Source of the DNA: Trichoplax adhaerens
Taxonomy: Eukaryota > Animalia > Placozoa
Length of the DNA: 64,000 nt
Assembly: GCF_000150275.1 (NCBI RefSeq)
Contig: NW_002060949.1
Location: forward strand, 457,861 to 521,860
Direction: 5' to 3'
The notes under the pieces: generated by a model
What the model saw: only the letters and a program-made list of their open reading frames with translations
What the model was told of the DNA's origin: nothing
Databases searched by the model: none
Shown: piece by piece, positions 31,991-49,200 of the stretch
How positions within the stretch are numbered: position 1 is the stretch's first letter
How the letters are laid out: every line of letters starts with the position of its first letter
Program-made: the position numbers and the translations under genes

Positions 31991-34900
31991 CAATCTACTA
32001 AAACCGTGAAACGACCGTAATATTAAATGTCAAAAATCAAATTTTTCAGATGACTATGTGCATGTAGAACATCCATACAAGTTACAACAATCTAAAACAA
32101 TATAAGTATAACCCAAGATCTTTTCGAATCTACCATTGCATATGCTCGCACCGTAAATTTTATCAAGGAATAAAAATGAATTCTCATCTTGAGTACACGT
32201 ATCTCCCAAACGGTAACTGAATTACATTATAAACTAAAGATTACAATGCCTGTTTGAGGAACCAGTCAACCACTGTCGCTAAAAATTCTTCACGCGCAAA
32301 CTAAATAGTATTTGAAGATCAGTAAACCGACAAAGATAGAGATTAACTGAATGTAATTAAAAGACTGTGTATGAAATAACAGTTGCAGTTGTAAACTATA
32401 TTAGCCAGAACGTCAGCCAGTCCACCAAATGTGCACAGGTGATTAATGACTATAACTATAAGCTGTTAATAGTCCATACCAGTGGTATAGGTCGATCCGT
32501 GCCATAAAAAGCGGGATTTTTACATTTGCATCTATGAATACGCGTATATAGCACTCTACCACGTAGTACAGTAGTGCAATTAAGAAGGCAATCAACTGGT
32601 AGAGTTGAGGCAGCTTTATAAACCCTTAAGCAGTTCACGATGCATGCAGTGACACCTCAATGTAGTACAGTAAATTCAAGAATAATTTGTATAACGCCGC
32701 ATGGGATTGTACGATACTAAACTTACTGCATCAATATTAGACAATTCTATGCTAACATCCAGCTAACAAGCGTAACTGCTATAGAGTCGAATTTCGATTG
32801 ATAACACCAAAAATCTTTCAAATTATACTACTACGAGTATAGTGCTAAAATGAAACTTAAGTAGCTATTTTGGTTACTTAATTAAAGGGTTTGATTAACA
32901 TCATAAACCAACAACGCTTTCTCTCATTATTATTACTATGATGACTGAATGACACAACAAGTAAAATGAAGTATACAATATAATACATCTAAGTAACACT
33001 AAATAAATCATGCAACTAGGCAATAAAAGACAGTTCGCTGAATCGAACTCTTCTATTGAATTGTTAACATCCAAGAATAAACTCCCGATAAAGCGTTATT
33101 CGAAAAGTAGGTTCAATCTAATTAGCTATTACCATAACAGCTAAACTGAAATTTGTATCAAACCCTCACATCCAATTCGCACACCTTTCTACTTCTACGA
33201 TTGAAACTTCATTACTACCGCAGTGCACCATGAAATACTGTACTAACACCACGATAATACATTGCCAACAACGTATATCTCACCTCACAAGCCTCATAGT
33301 TTCCGCTGTCAACCAACTGAAAAAGTGCCGGTATTAGATCTTGCCACTCAGCAAACCCATCGTTTCGAGCAACTGCAGTTATCAAAATAGCAACTATTGC
33401 CCTAATCAAAGGCGAAGGGTCACCAATCGTATGCAGGCACTCATACTTTATCAGTTGCCTTACGTTCTCTGGAAATTTTTCATAATGTGATTTAACGTTG
33501 TTTTTAAGAATTAATCCAGCTAATGAACGAGTATGATCATCTATAACAGTAGAACGTATAAAAGATTTTTATTAGTTTTATTCTATTTATGCTTGTCGTT
33601 ATACTGCAATATTAGATTGTTGATACAAACATTACAGTTTCCATCTACGTATATATTTACTATATCGAGTGCTAAGAGTAATTAATCAACGTCGACACTG
33701 CTACTGAAGCTAACCTCTTCAAGCTAAGCTATATCAGATGCAGTGAAATGAGCAATTTTACGAATAACAATACCATAAATCATATAACTAACCTTCTGTT
33801 GTCATCTTAGTTAGTACAAATACCAAATAATTGTTGAAATCCGGATAACAACTTAAACTTTCTAATTTCTAATATTGCCGAATAATTGCAATTTGCATAC
33901 TTAGTTAAGAAATTTACATCAAAGCCTCCGTTACACTCTCAATTCTGATGCGAAACGTAAACAATAATTAGCAAAAAAGCGTCATATCATAAATTTAACC
34001 CAACTAGCTAGTAAATCAGGCAGTCAGGGCGATGCTGTCAAGAGAGAATGATCCTATCTTAAAAATACGCCTTTACGATTACGTAAGGTAACATAATCTT
34101 GATACGTTAGATACTGCGAAATAAGTAGAATTGCTACAGTACCTTGTACAGGGCAAGATCATCACATAAGAACTCACATTTAGCACAGTATAAACAAATT
34201 TGATGCGGGTATGAATAGTGAACCTTCTACTAATCAACTAGTGACGTGATAACGAGTGGTAAACTGGCATCAAAAAGATTTGATTATACTAGTTTATGAG
34301 ATTACTGTACACAACTCTTTGAGATTTTACGCAACAGTACTACCTTGCACATGGCAATCGTCCAATTAGTATACAGTATATATACATACATACATACATA
34401 CATACAAATATACTGTACTGATCCTTTTAGTCTTGTTAGCGATAAATTATAAGATACAGTTCGTACTTTTAATCCAACTCAATACTACAGTAAAATGCAC
34501 ACGTGCGGTTTAAACATGCATTGTCGCCTTTATACAGTACAGGAAGGAGCAAAACTATAATAACTTTTATGATTGAATCAAACTAAGATTTGGTGCCATA
34601 ATTCATGACTACAGTCTACTCAACAAGCAAACGTTACATCTCAATATTCCATAGAAAGATTTAAACTGTCGTACCTACAGTTTAAAACTTTCAATTGCTA
34701 GATTACAGAAATATGTGTGGTATCTTTTACGGATCATTAAAACTTAGAACGCAATGATGCAGTTAAAAGGTATCAAATTCTAAAGACTACAGTACTGTAC
34801 ATCCAAGCACAACGATCAATAGCAATCAGGTTGTTCAACATTGATTATAAATACTAGAATCAACAAGTAAAATTGCACGAACTATCCACTTTTTATCATT

Positions 34901-35110
34901 ATGTATCAAGAATAACGGGTTAATATTATACCAATATAAATACAGACAATATAAATTTGAATTTCGATCATTGGAATCTAGAAATGCCATCGCAGATTGC
35001 ATCAAGGATACGTTCTGTACAAGAGTTTGAATTCCCGTATTAGGGCTTTGACATTCCTTAAGAAGTTGCAAAATTTGCCTTAAATCAACTTCATTCGGCT
35101 GCCACGCCAT
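27347..35110 (-). CDS. TNPO1: Transportin-1/2 (karyopherin beta-2)
   Basis: [25 protein letters not shown]; [13 protein letters not shown]; [14 protein letters not shown]; acidic H8 loop [14 protein letters not shown]...[18 protein letters not shown]; [11 protein letters not shown]; [12 protein letters not shown]; [13 protein letters not shown]; C-terminus ERLANSYGV* (stop 27347-27349). Confidence 0.97.
31957..31986. repeat. (AT)n microsatellite in a TNPO intron
   Basis: Uninterrupted TA dinucleotide run. Confidence 0.85.
34380..34405. repeat. (CATA)n microsatellite in TNPO intron 1
   Basis: atacatacatacatacatacataca. Confidence 0.8.
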
Positions 35111-35279
35111 ACTGTCTGAGTAAAGTGTATTAGTATACCCTAACTATTAGAAAAATATCAAGTCGATTCCGACTACCTGACAGCCAACACAGGTTCAAAT
35201 AATATAATTATTGAGGACAAAAAATGTGACACGATAGCGGAACGCATGAATTGGAGCGGCTAGCGAAGTTTTTATTTTT

Positions 35280-36292
35280 TTACTGTCTAGTACGGTACTG
35301 TACCATGTACTGTACAGTACAGTACTCCATGATTCAGCAGTTCACAGTACACAGTACAGCACTACAGTAGATATACAGTACTGTACATTGTACGGTGCGG
35401 TGCATCCAGTAGTCCATGACTGTACAGTACTGTATGAGTTGATACTGTACTGTACAGTACAGTACTGTAAGTACTGTAGCTCCGGCTGCTAGAAGCTGAT
35501 ACTGGACAGTAAATTGTACTGTACGTTACTGTACAGTACTGTAGATCCCCGCCACCATGGGAGCTAGCTAAAAAGAAAGAAACGACCAGTGCAAAACACA
35601 GTAATGTGGAGGCTTTTTATTCATTCTTGGGGTCATTCTACTACACGTACAGTATATGCTACCGATGAAACCGTATACAATCCAGTCCAAACTTAACAGG
35701 CTAATAGTAGCTAATTTGGACGTCAATGATAGACAGTATAATGGACCGTTGCAGACATGCGATACACTTGAAATGACCAGTAAAAATAATCAGCCTCCAC
35801 ATCATGAGGATACAATCGTTCCTTGTCTCGTCTCTTTCTTTTAGCAGTCCCTGCCGCCACTCTATAAATAGTAAGAGGATAGTTTCAGCCATAGAGGTCA
35901 AAAATAGAAGAAAAAATGCTACAGTACAGTACTGTACAATACAGTACCGTACTGTTGGTTTCGTGGTTCCAACTAGTTCCGACGACAGTACAGTACTGTA
36001 GTGTTAATTGTAAAGACTTTTTATCAAACTACAGTACTACAGTACATTCAGTGTACAGTACGGTACTATACTGTACTGTACTGTACTGTACACTGTACAG
36101 TACTGTAATAACGTTGACAGATTTTTCATTTTCATTCACTGTCACAGTACTCTACAGTACAATATTGATTTTTACTGTACAGTATGTACTGTAGCCTAGA
36201 GCTACCATAAGAAGTACTGTACTGTACTGTACAGTACTGTAAGCTTGACAGACCAGACCCGTAAACAGTAAACGTGTTACGTGTTACTGTGT
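35280..36292. repeat. Two TACAG/CTGTA clusters (~35280-35545 and ~35918-36292) in the TNPO/YIPF bidirectional promoter
   Basis: Examples: gtactgtacagtacagtactcc, atactgtactgtacagtacagtactgtaagtactgta, tactatactgtactgtactgtactgtacactgtacagtactgta. The flanking ATGs at 35110 (-) and 36319 (+) are head-to-head. Confidence 0.85.
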
Positions 36293-36318
36293 AAGGCGAT
36301 CGGCTATTACATTTCAAA

Positions 36319-39300
36319 ATGAACGATGAAAATGAAGAAGCTAATGCCGAATTGAAGGTTTACTATTTGTATCCTATATTACTGTTGATCCGTATCTTGT
36401 ATTTCAGTATTCATAATAATGCCTAAATGATTGGCAGTACTGTTTCTCTACTACACAATTTTGTCTTTATTATAAACTTCAGCTAGTTTATGTTTGTCTC
36501 TGCTACGAATACTATCTACAGTACAGTACGGTCTTTCGCACAATTGTACACTGCAGTAGTAATACAGTTACAGTATTGCAAGCCCGCGTACGTTTCCATT
36601 TCTATTACTGTGCTGTACTACCGTATACTGGACTGTATGGGTATTTGTTTATTACTTATCTGTACTGTACTTACGAGATTACTCGTACACGAATGCTGCT
36701 AAAATACAGTAACTACATCAAATCATCCACTTCTCAGTCGTAGTTATTCATGGAGAACGCATTAAAGTCTTTTGAAGCAGCTATGCAGTACCGTATTACT
36801 GAACAGTGAACAGTATACCTGCAGAATCTGCAGACCCGATATTAGCAACAAGTATTGAGTATTTGTATTCGGTAATATTAGGTACTAGCATTTGCAAGTG
36901 AAACTGCCAACGTGTCGATTGCTTGTAATAGAAATGCTGCGCAATTTGACTACGTAATTTACTGCTCGTCAAATACAATATACACAAATAAAGCCACTAT
37001 AGTCAATGGCTAACAGCTTCCACTTTTCGATGCTTGATGAAGCCTGAAACTTGACGCTTTATCCACTGCATACAGTACGTGCAATACGTTCATCAGATGC
37101 TCACTCACTTTATGGATAGTAGATTCAAGCACATTTTAAATACCAATTTCTCTGAATACACATCTTCCCATTTACGATTACAAACATTCGTACACTATAG
37201 AATCATATTGCATATACTGTATGCCGTTAATTAACTATAAAGAATTACAAAAATGCTTGAAGGAACAAGCTGTCTTGCACCAACTAAATCTGAATCTGAA
37301 TACAGTACATAGCACTGATAACTGTAGAACTTGAAAGCAGGCTGAAAACTCTACTCTACTGCATATCACGACATTAACACTGGCTATGGAACTATAGGTT
37401 CAAGATATTGTAGAGTAGTCATACAGTATGTTAATGTAAACGTATACGTCAGTATTTCACCAACAGCTCTTGAAGTTCGTAACGAAGAAACAAATAAATA
37501 AATAAGTATAATCCTACTACCCAGTGATGTTGTAATCCAGTAATACTATTCAGACGGACCTGATAACGTATGTGTACTGTAGTAGAATGTAGTAACTGAA
37601 TATTCTTTTAATGTAATGCCCGGAAACAAATTTTTAAATATGTATCTAGACCCAGAAAGACCAAGACGACGTTTCCGTTGGTAGCTTGCAATTTCAAGGT
37701 ATTTTATGCTACTTTTATAATTGAACATTCACAATGTTGGTAAAATTGAAGGAGCTAACTCTAAAAATTTGGCAATAACGACTTTTGAGAAAAAATAGTA
37801 ATTTGAATGCAATCGTTTAAAAAATACGGTATGTGATTTGCTAATAACTTTATATAGAGTTTGGAAATGGAAATCCGGCGACAACTATACCATTAGATGC
37901 TGGAGAAATTGGAGATGCAGGTCTCCAAACAAATCGTGGGGTGCCCATTTCATTTGATAGCGCTGGTAAGTCTAAAGTTTTTAAAATATAGTACGTACAG
38001 TGTGAGGTGTACTGTATAGTATACTATAGTACTGCATATTCTGGTAAATGTATAGTAGATTGATATTGCAAATCAGAAAATTTACTAACGTCAACTTCAG
38101 TATAAATTAATCCAATGTTAATCGTATAGTATATACCACTCAGTCACTACGGCAAAGCAATCGCCAATACGTATATGTCTAGTATTTGTATGGCCTTTAA
38201 ATAATATTACACATTAATTAATTATTAAGGGTAATGTATGTGTATTCTAAATATATATGATGTTCATTATATCCCCCACTATAGATGAACAAGAGGATAC
38301 AGCCTCAAATGTAAGTTATCCCATAGACACTTTACTATACGTTATGCAACTCGTTCAGTTTGTAGCAAAGGGCAAACGCAGTACTGAGAGAATTGCATTT
38401 TATCCCATAGATCGTAGTGACAAATGTTGCATACGAAATAGCGCCTACGGTGCATATTGTATGATAAATATGTATCTGACTATGATACTATGCGAACGAA
38501 ATGAGCTGATAAAACTTGGAACGATAATATGATAAAACGAATAACTTGATGAACAGTTGAAATTCTATTCCCTATATTGTACACATATCGCTAGTAATCA
38601 AAAGTGGTTATTACAGAAATCGATGAATACGATAGTACTATACAATTCTGTAAAGATAAACAATGATAGATCCATTCTTCTACTGAGTATCTGCCAACCT
38701 AAGAGCTTTCGAAAGTTGGGAGTCATTTACAACAATTGCGAACATAATGCGTATGTCGCGTGTGTAATGTATGTCTAGTAATACGCGTTTTATTCTCGTA
38801 ATTGATTTCTTCTTCTAGTTATTGACTAATAAACGAAAGAAAAATATGCCCATGTGGACCTTCGATTACTATATGCAATTCTTCGACATAACCACAACTC
38901 AGGTTTCGTTTCTTAGATAAAATAAGGGTTTTTTAATGTTTTCATTTAATTTTTCTCTTTGTTCAAAATCTCGAAAGTTTCTGTGAGCATGTTGTTAAAA
39001 GTTCGGTAAAATTCGCTACTGACACTGCAAGCTATTTAACGTAAGGTATAGAACATAAATAAGTAACGCCTGTATTTCAGGTTTTACAGAGAATTACCGG
39101 ATCTGTTATTCCATCGTTTCAAGGAAATTATTTAAGAAAATATATACGAAGTAACCCTGATTTTTATGGTCCGTTTGCAGAGATCATAAACTTTGAATCA
39201 ATATGACACAATTGCTTTTTAGCTTCTTTAAATAGTGTACCGTAATGTAATGATCATCAACTGCATTTCGTTCTTAAAGGTCCTTTTTGGATATGTGCAA

Positions 39301-40360
39301 CACTAGTATTCACTACTGCTATCAGTGGCAATCTAGCTGATTACATCACCCATGCTGGAGATCATCAATGGACATATGACTTTCATAAAGGTTAAATATT
39401 TATATCAATCAATAATGATAATTTACTGAGTTCCAATTGTTCTTTAAGTTAAATAAATATTGAAATTTTAAGTATTATATGTCGTTGTTTGTTATCTTAT
39501 TTGGTATTCATAAAGCAAATTACTTTTAGTTACTGCAGCTGCTGGCGCAATTTATGTCTACGCTTGGCTTTTACCAGTTTTGTTGTGGGGTTTACTCTGG
39601 TGGAGGCACGACACTGTTGGAGCGAATATAACAGAAGTTGTTTGTATTTATGGCTATTCATTGTCCATTTACGTGCCGGTGTCGGTAATTGAGTTCATTA
39701 ATCTTTGTAATGAAGTGAAAATATGGAAAATAATATTGTATTGAATTGTTTATATATTGATTCAAAGATTTTATGGGCTATTCCGTTCGAATGGTTAAGA
39801 TGGATATTAGTTATTCTAGCAGCTGTCTCATCAGGTATAAATCTTTATACACCTGAAATCGAAACCGCTTATAGCATCAGCACAAGTTAAAACATCTACA
39901 CAGTATACATCATATTGTCAGATCGAGATTCCAGGTGGAATGTGAACGGAGTCCTTTAGAAATTTAAATTACACTGATTGCAATACGAATCGTTTCATTG
40001 TAGGACTTACAATGTCGCGTGTTTAACTCGGCAAAATATTAATAGTTTTCGTTCTCCTAGGACTAGTGCTTGTATTTACGATTTGGCCTCTTTTGAAACA
40101 CGAAAATCGCCAAATGGCTACTCTAATTTCTCTAATCGTCCTGGCTTTACACGCTTTACTGGCTATCGGCTTCAAGGTCTGAAGTATACATGATTATTTT
40201 AATACCGTCCATATGAAAGGGCATGGACCGTTGAAGTTAAGATTTACTGTTAATCCCTTTTCAGGTATATTTCTTTGGCTCCGTCGGGAAAGCTGTTTTA
40301 AATAGCACTTCTATTGCAAGTCCTTCTACATGGACTACTCTGACGCCTATGACGCTTTAG
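36319..40360 (+). CDS. YIPF1: Yip1-domain family member YIPF1/2 (Golgi membrane protein)
   Basis: Candidate first exon MNDENEEANAELK; MWTFDYYMQFFDITTTQ|VLQRITGSVIP...RSNPDFYG|PFWICATLVFTTAISGNL...YDFHKV; VCIYGYSLSIYVPVS|ILWAIP; LHALLAIGFK|VYFF. Stop TAG at 40358-40360. The 5' exon structure is uncertain. Confidence 0.9.
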
Positions 40361-41015
40361 TATCACAAGCATACAAAAATACATTTATATTTATGATCGT
40401 ATAATTTGTTACTTTTCCTAAAATTAAATCATACCGGTCTACAACGAAATCTGTACCCGCAACACCTGCGTAATGTGCATATATACGAGGTATGCATAAT
40501 ACTCATATGAGGGAACGCAGTATGGCTATAACTATTGCCGGGCGTGGATTATGCAGAGAATGTATTAACATATCGCATTTACTTAATTTAACTACAGTGC
40601 CGAATCTTTATAAACCAATTACATATTCTTTATTGCATATTATTTTGACCAGACACATCAAATTTATTAATCTAACTATATAAACATACGCGAAAATCAG
40701 TGTCACATTACTCATATTACTAAAGTACCAATACAAGATTAATCCTAAGATCGCTGTTCCTAACGTCGGAAGAGACTGAATTGTAATAAAATTATGCGGC
40801 AATAAGTATTAAAATGTATATCACATTCTGTATTAATTACCCAACATTGGCATTAGCCCAATAATGCCATCAAAGAATCGGTACCGTGATTGAATGGCTG
40901 TGTACTGTATGGAATCTCCAATTATACGAGTACAATGTAACACCGCCTTTGAGTACTACTTATTCGTGACTGTAATTAAACATAATATTTAGGTGCTAGG
41001 TTTAAAGGCATCTGT

Positions 41016-44240
<3,225 letters not shown>

Positions 44241-44448
44241 GTTACCGAGCAAAGATTAGGTAGATTGATTTAATAATGGAGAAATTGTTTTTTAATTTCA
44301 GATCAGGAACAAGTTCTTTCAGGTCTCTTTAAAAGACAGAGGCAGAGTACGGTGCAGTACAGACAGTAAAGTAAAAGTACTTACTGAACTGTACATTGCT
44401 ATGGACCAGACCTTACAATACACTACAGCGACTACACCGTTGATTTTA

Positions 44449-44887
44449 CGGCCGCTTGATCATTCGGCCACCCTTCGGATACCTTTCCTTCATACAGTAC
44501 ACTATAGCACATAGTATCTATGTAGGACTTCAAAAATGTATGGCTTAGTATAGTAACTCGGCCAATTAATCATCCGGCCACCCGCAGGATTATGGTTAGG
44601 GACAGACGGACTTTTCTTGCCCAATGAAGCCGTAAATATCGAAAAATAGCTACTCAGTATGGATCTTCTGTATCTGTTTTCTAAATCACTGGTACCAATT
44701 TAAATAACTGTTACGATCTTATATAACTGTTTTCATGCAGAATTTAGTAATGGGTGATAAGATTTAACGTAATATTACTTTCGTAAATATTTCTTTTACG
44801 AATTTATTATCGAGAAGTCCCTGCTGTCATAACGAAGTATTCGAAACAACCTTCTGACGAAATGAAGCCGAAAAGGCCTGTCCGTCC
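44449..44887. mobile_element. Possible non-autonomous DNA-transposon remnants upstream of FARSA
   Basis: 25-bp direct repeat with 21/25 identity (44449-44473 and 44559-44583, CGGCC..TT.ATCAT.CGGCCACCC); imperfect inverted pair ggacagacggacttttc (44600-44616) / gaaaaggcctgtccgtcc (44870-44887). Confidence 0.3.
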
Positions 44888-46200
44888 AAGAGTGATTAAT
44901 TAATTAATCAATCCAAGTATTCTTCTTCTAGAGTTATATAGTCCTATTGTAGCAAATAAATTTTACTTTGCAAAGCTATCTGTAATAATCCCCAATGCAG
45001 TACACTGATCTGTATACTGTATAGTGAGAAGTCTGGTATACTGTATGTATATTACTGTTATTATCAGCGCTCTCTTATGAACTGCTGTTAGAAGAGAGCG
45101 TCTTGTCCTAGTTGTCCATTACGATGGTATAATTATTTATTGATACTATCAATGCTGGAGTTTATTACCTGCATTGTCTATTGCATTTTTTCAACGATAG
45201 ATGTAAAAAATGTCTTTCTTACCTATGTTTCCAAGACTAGTTTCGACTACTAATATGTCGCAACAGAACAAAATAAGCGTTTTTCTGGCTAATAAGCAAT
45301 ATTAACGATTGCAACCGGAGATCATCTTCAATGAGTTAATCATGATCAAGACCGTCAAAAGCTATAATCAAGTTTACTCGGAGTCCTTTCATATAGTTTT
45401 CTTTTAATTTTTTTTTACAGACTTTAGCATTTACTGTGTAATGTAGTTACTTAACAAGATTATTCTTAAAATCTTAAAACACGCTAATATACGCTCGTAT
45501 AAATGCAATAACAATTATTATAATATTGCTATTATAAACAATTTTTATAAAGGGAAATTAATGATTTAATCGTGAAGTCTACAGCCAATATTAATAATGA
45601 TCATAAATTTAAAATTTTTCATTTGTTCTATAGCTCATGGGAGTCATTTTCGTCCATTAGAGTCAAGACAGGCATGCTGCACATAGCGACTGTGTGCAAT
45701 ACCAATTTGTAAATCTGCTAGACGTCGGGACCACAACATTAAACGAACTAACGAAGGTTTACAGTGGCACTTGCTACAGTACTTAGCTCAATCATTGCTT
45801 ATTATTAAGTTAACTGCATGTATATAGCAGTTCCAAGTTTAAAGTGAAACCCGTCATTCAATAAAGTACCGTAAATTCATGCGAAATACCCATATGGTAT
45901 CAATGCAATCATTTGCGCTACATAAAATTTCTATTCTTTTCACAAAACATACCGTAAATATTCCAGTTAATTAAACGAAATAGGAAGTTGTAGTTGTAAT
46001 TCGCCGCTGAATATTAAGTGATTGTGGCAGTAACAAAAATTGTATATAAATTAATTAATTAGTGACGAGTTATTCCATTTCGAAAATGATAACTTGGTGG
46101 CCATTTACAATTCGATACATATCCATATATGGTAAAATATACACATATCGCATTTAAAATATAACAAAAAAATGAATTATAATTACAAATCTATTCAAGA

Positions 46201-49200
46201 CTATAAATTTGTGATTTTGTTATTGCCACTCTCTTTCGAATATCTCGTATTCTTGTTTACGTTATCATCATTTGGCGTGTATGACTGGAGAGTATAAAAG
46301 AAGTAGGTTAATGTTGTAAGTTTTATATGCCGATTAATAGTTATAAGGTTCTTATTAAACTAGGATTTACCGTACTATATATACATTGTGGTACACGTAT
46401 TTTTAGTGTAACGTTGTAAAACTAGAACTCTCTCACTTAATACACCTTGCAACGCTAATAAGGCACCCATGCAAAGACTTAAAATAGCTCCCGGTGCTGC
46501 TATTTATTATCTAACTGCTCACCGCATAAGGTCCCTTAGATTCATGAAAATTTTCTGTTGTATTTCTAGTTACGTAAGTTGCTTTATCATCCGTTCTCGC
46601 AGTATCATTAGGTGATGTCATACGTTTAGTACTGGCAAACTTAACAGTACCACTCGTTCCCAAGATTTGTGATTGCCAAAACTGAGAGCAGATATTGTGC
46701 ATCTAAATAAAAGAGCAAGAAATGATGTTACAGCCTTAGTAACGATAATACTGTGAGATAATTTCGGTTGTAAACGATCAAACATAGATGTACTTCTCGT
46801 ACAATGCTGTATTATAATATCAGATCTCAAAAAATGACAATCAAAATTACCGGTCCAGTAACCACAGTATAAAAGACAAATAAAAAGATTCCCTAAAAGA
46901 ATTAACAAATAATAATAATATTAAGCACTACTAATCAAATCACGACTTGAGCAAAATAATTTAGCTTTTTACCAAAATCGAATTCAGAATTAGATATAGA
47001 ACAGCCATAATGGTGGAAATTTCTCTCATATATAATATAGCAAAGGTCCATGTCATGATGAGCAAAATAATGCTTATAACGGATCCCTGGGCTATCGTTC
47101 TACATTTTTTTGTCAACACGATTTCAGAGAATAGCAAACTTATAATAGATCCTTTTTTAGGCCTGAACAAACACCACAATTCAGTATAATTATACAATTA
47201 TCAACCTGGGGCTCCCCGCATAATTCTCTTGTTCCGTTCTCCTCCTCATTGATACTTCATGCATTACGCGTGAGCACATAATAACGCTTACCTAAAAATT
47301 TTTAAAATGCCGAATATTAGGTATTGGATATTAGTTCTGTTACATGCAATAATTAGTAAACAGCAGATGCACTCATATTATTATGTAGCAACATACACAA
47401 AATACTTACTACAACAAGCAATAAAACTTCCCCAACAAACAACCAAAATGCTCCGCTACCAATCCTCAGCCAACAACTAAAAGTTATTTTTTAATTAAAA
47501 CATTTATATGCAGTATTTATAAACATTAACACATTCGTAGAGTTGCAAGTAAGCATAAAAAATTTTACTATCCATAGTTAGTGAATCCTCTTTGAAGTTA
47601 CTTTCACATCTCAAGATAATAGTGATAATGTTACTATCATATCAGACTAAACAAACAGAAACGTAGCAAACACGACATGTATATTCATGTCACACTACAA
47701 GTAAGAGATTAATTCTTAATTTAATAACATACAACTTATCCGTGCCAAAATTGTCTGAAGCGGCAAATCCAGCGATGACAACGGTAATTGCCGGAATAGC
47801 TATAAATTAGAACACCCCAAATGAGAATTCTTTTAGATATGAATGCTGCACACTTTAATATTTTGGTAGTATTAAACGCTTATAATTGATACATGCACTA
47901 CAGATAATCTAAATTTAGTTTCAGTATTTGTCATCTTACCGTAGGCGAATATGTAGCAAAATCTTTTCTTTAATTTTTCCATTATATGAAAAGTTCGACG
48001 ATAAATTTCGAAGCTGCTGATAAAGATCCAGAAAAACGTGCACAAAGAAAAGTAATTTATAGAAACTGCCATTGCCAGACAAACGTCCTAATTAAAACAG
48101 AATAAAACCCAAGTTTCCAGTCAAGAAGTCAAACCTCATAAAATTAAAGCTTACAGACTTAAAGATATGCAAAAATAAGATTTAAAAACGGGTTGTAACG
48201 TATTGTTAAGAAACTGTATATCGTTGTAGGATGATATTAAATTTATCCTTCATATATTAAAACTGGATTAGTAAAAATACTCTTCTGAAAATTACAAAAC
48301 TAAAATGTTATGATCATACCTTATTTTTGGTTTGATATATTGAAAATAGACAAAGTAACTCAAACACAAACAAGGTAAACAGGATGTTTAAACGAATATG
48401 GTTCATGAACGTATTTTGCGATCTGTAAAAACAAAATTTTTAGTTACATTTGAAAATCCAGCAAGTATTTCACGACAAAAGTAATAAAAAATAAAAAATA
48501 TAAAGCTTAACAAATGATTTAAAAATTCTTTATCAGAAAGTACAATCATACCGAAACGAAAATAGAATTAACAATGCCGTTACAATCGCACCAGTGGCTA
48601 TACTGCAACCGATAATAGTTATTTCCTTAAGATTTTGAGGAATCTAAGAAAGTGTAAATACGAATATATTCAATCATTTTATGAATGCTAAAGAAAAATC
48701 ACAACAGAATCCACGGTCACTCACTAAATTCTTTCGCATAGTCTCTATGACGGTAAAACTAGTAAGGTGATTGCATCGACAAGTGATATGGGTACTGTTA
48801 AATAATACCACTGAACAACCCCGATTATTCCATAATCCTTGAGCTTGCCTAATCAATGACAAAATATTTTTATTCTTACAATGAATTAAAATCTAATGTT
48901 GCATAGTTATAGGCTTACGAAGTTGAGAAATCCCAATAAACGCATTTTTTCTCCGCATCATCTCTGGTAGCCTAATCAAACAGTCAACAATCCTGTTAAT
49001 TCACGCTGTTAACTTGTTATGCAGGATTGGAAACGATATCTTATCAAAATCGAAAAAATTTTATAAGTAAATAATCCGAACTTCTGTATATTTGATAATG
49101 TAGATAATGGGATTTTCATTTAAGAACTTTAAAGATAAGGAAGGCTTCGTCGAAATAGAAACGATGGCACCCAAAATTTTTTGATCAACGGCAACACTTG

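Noticed and set aside
32938-33041. Box C/D snoRNA candidate (ATGATGA...CTGA) in a TNPO intron
   Set aside because: Opposite strand to the host gene, with no terminal stem or recognisable rRNA guide.
35551-35571. Perfect Kozak GCCACCATGG followed by a 4-codon ORF (MGAS*)
   Set aside because: It stops immediately and lies inside a promoter spacer; most likely chance, with no other vector-like sequence nearby.
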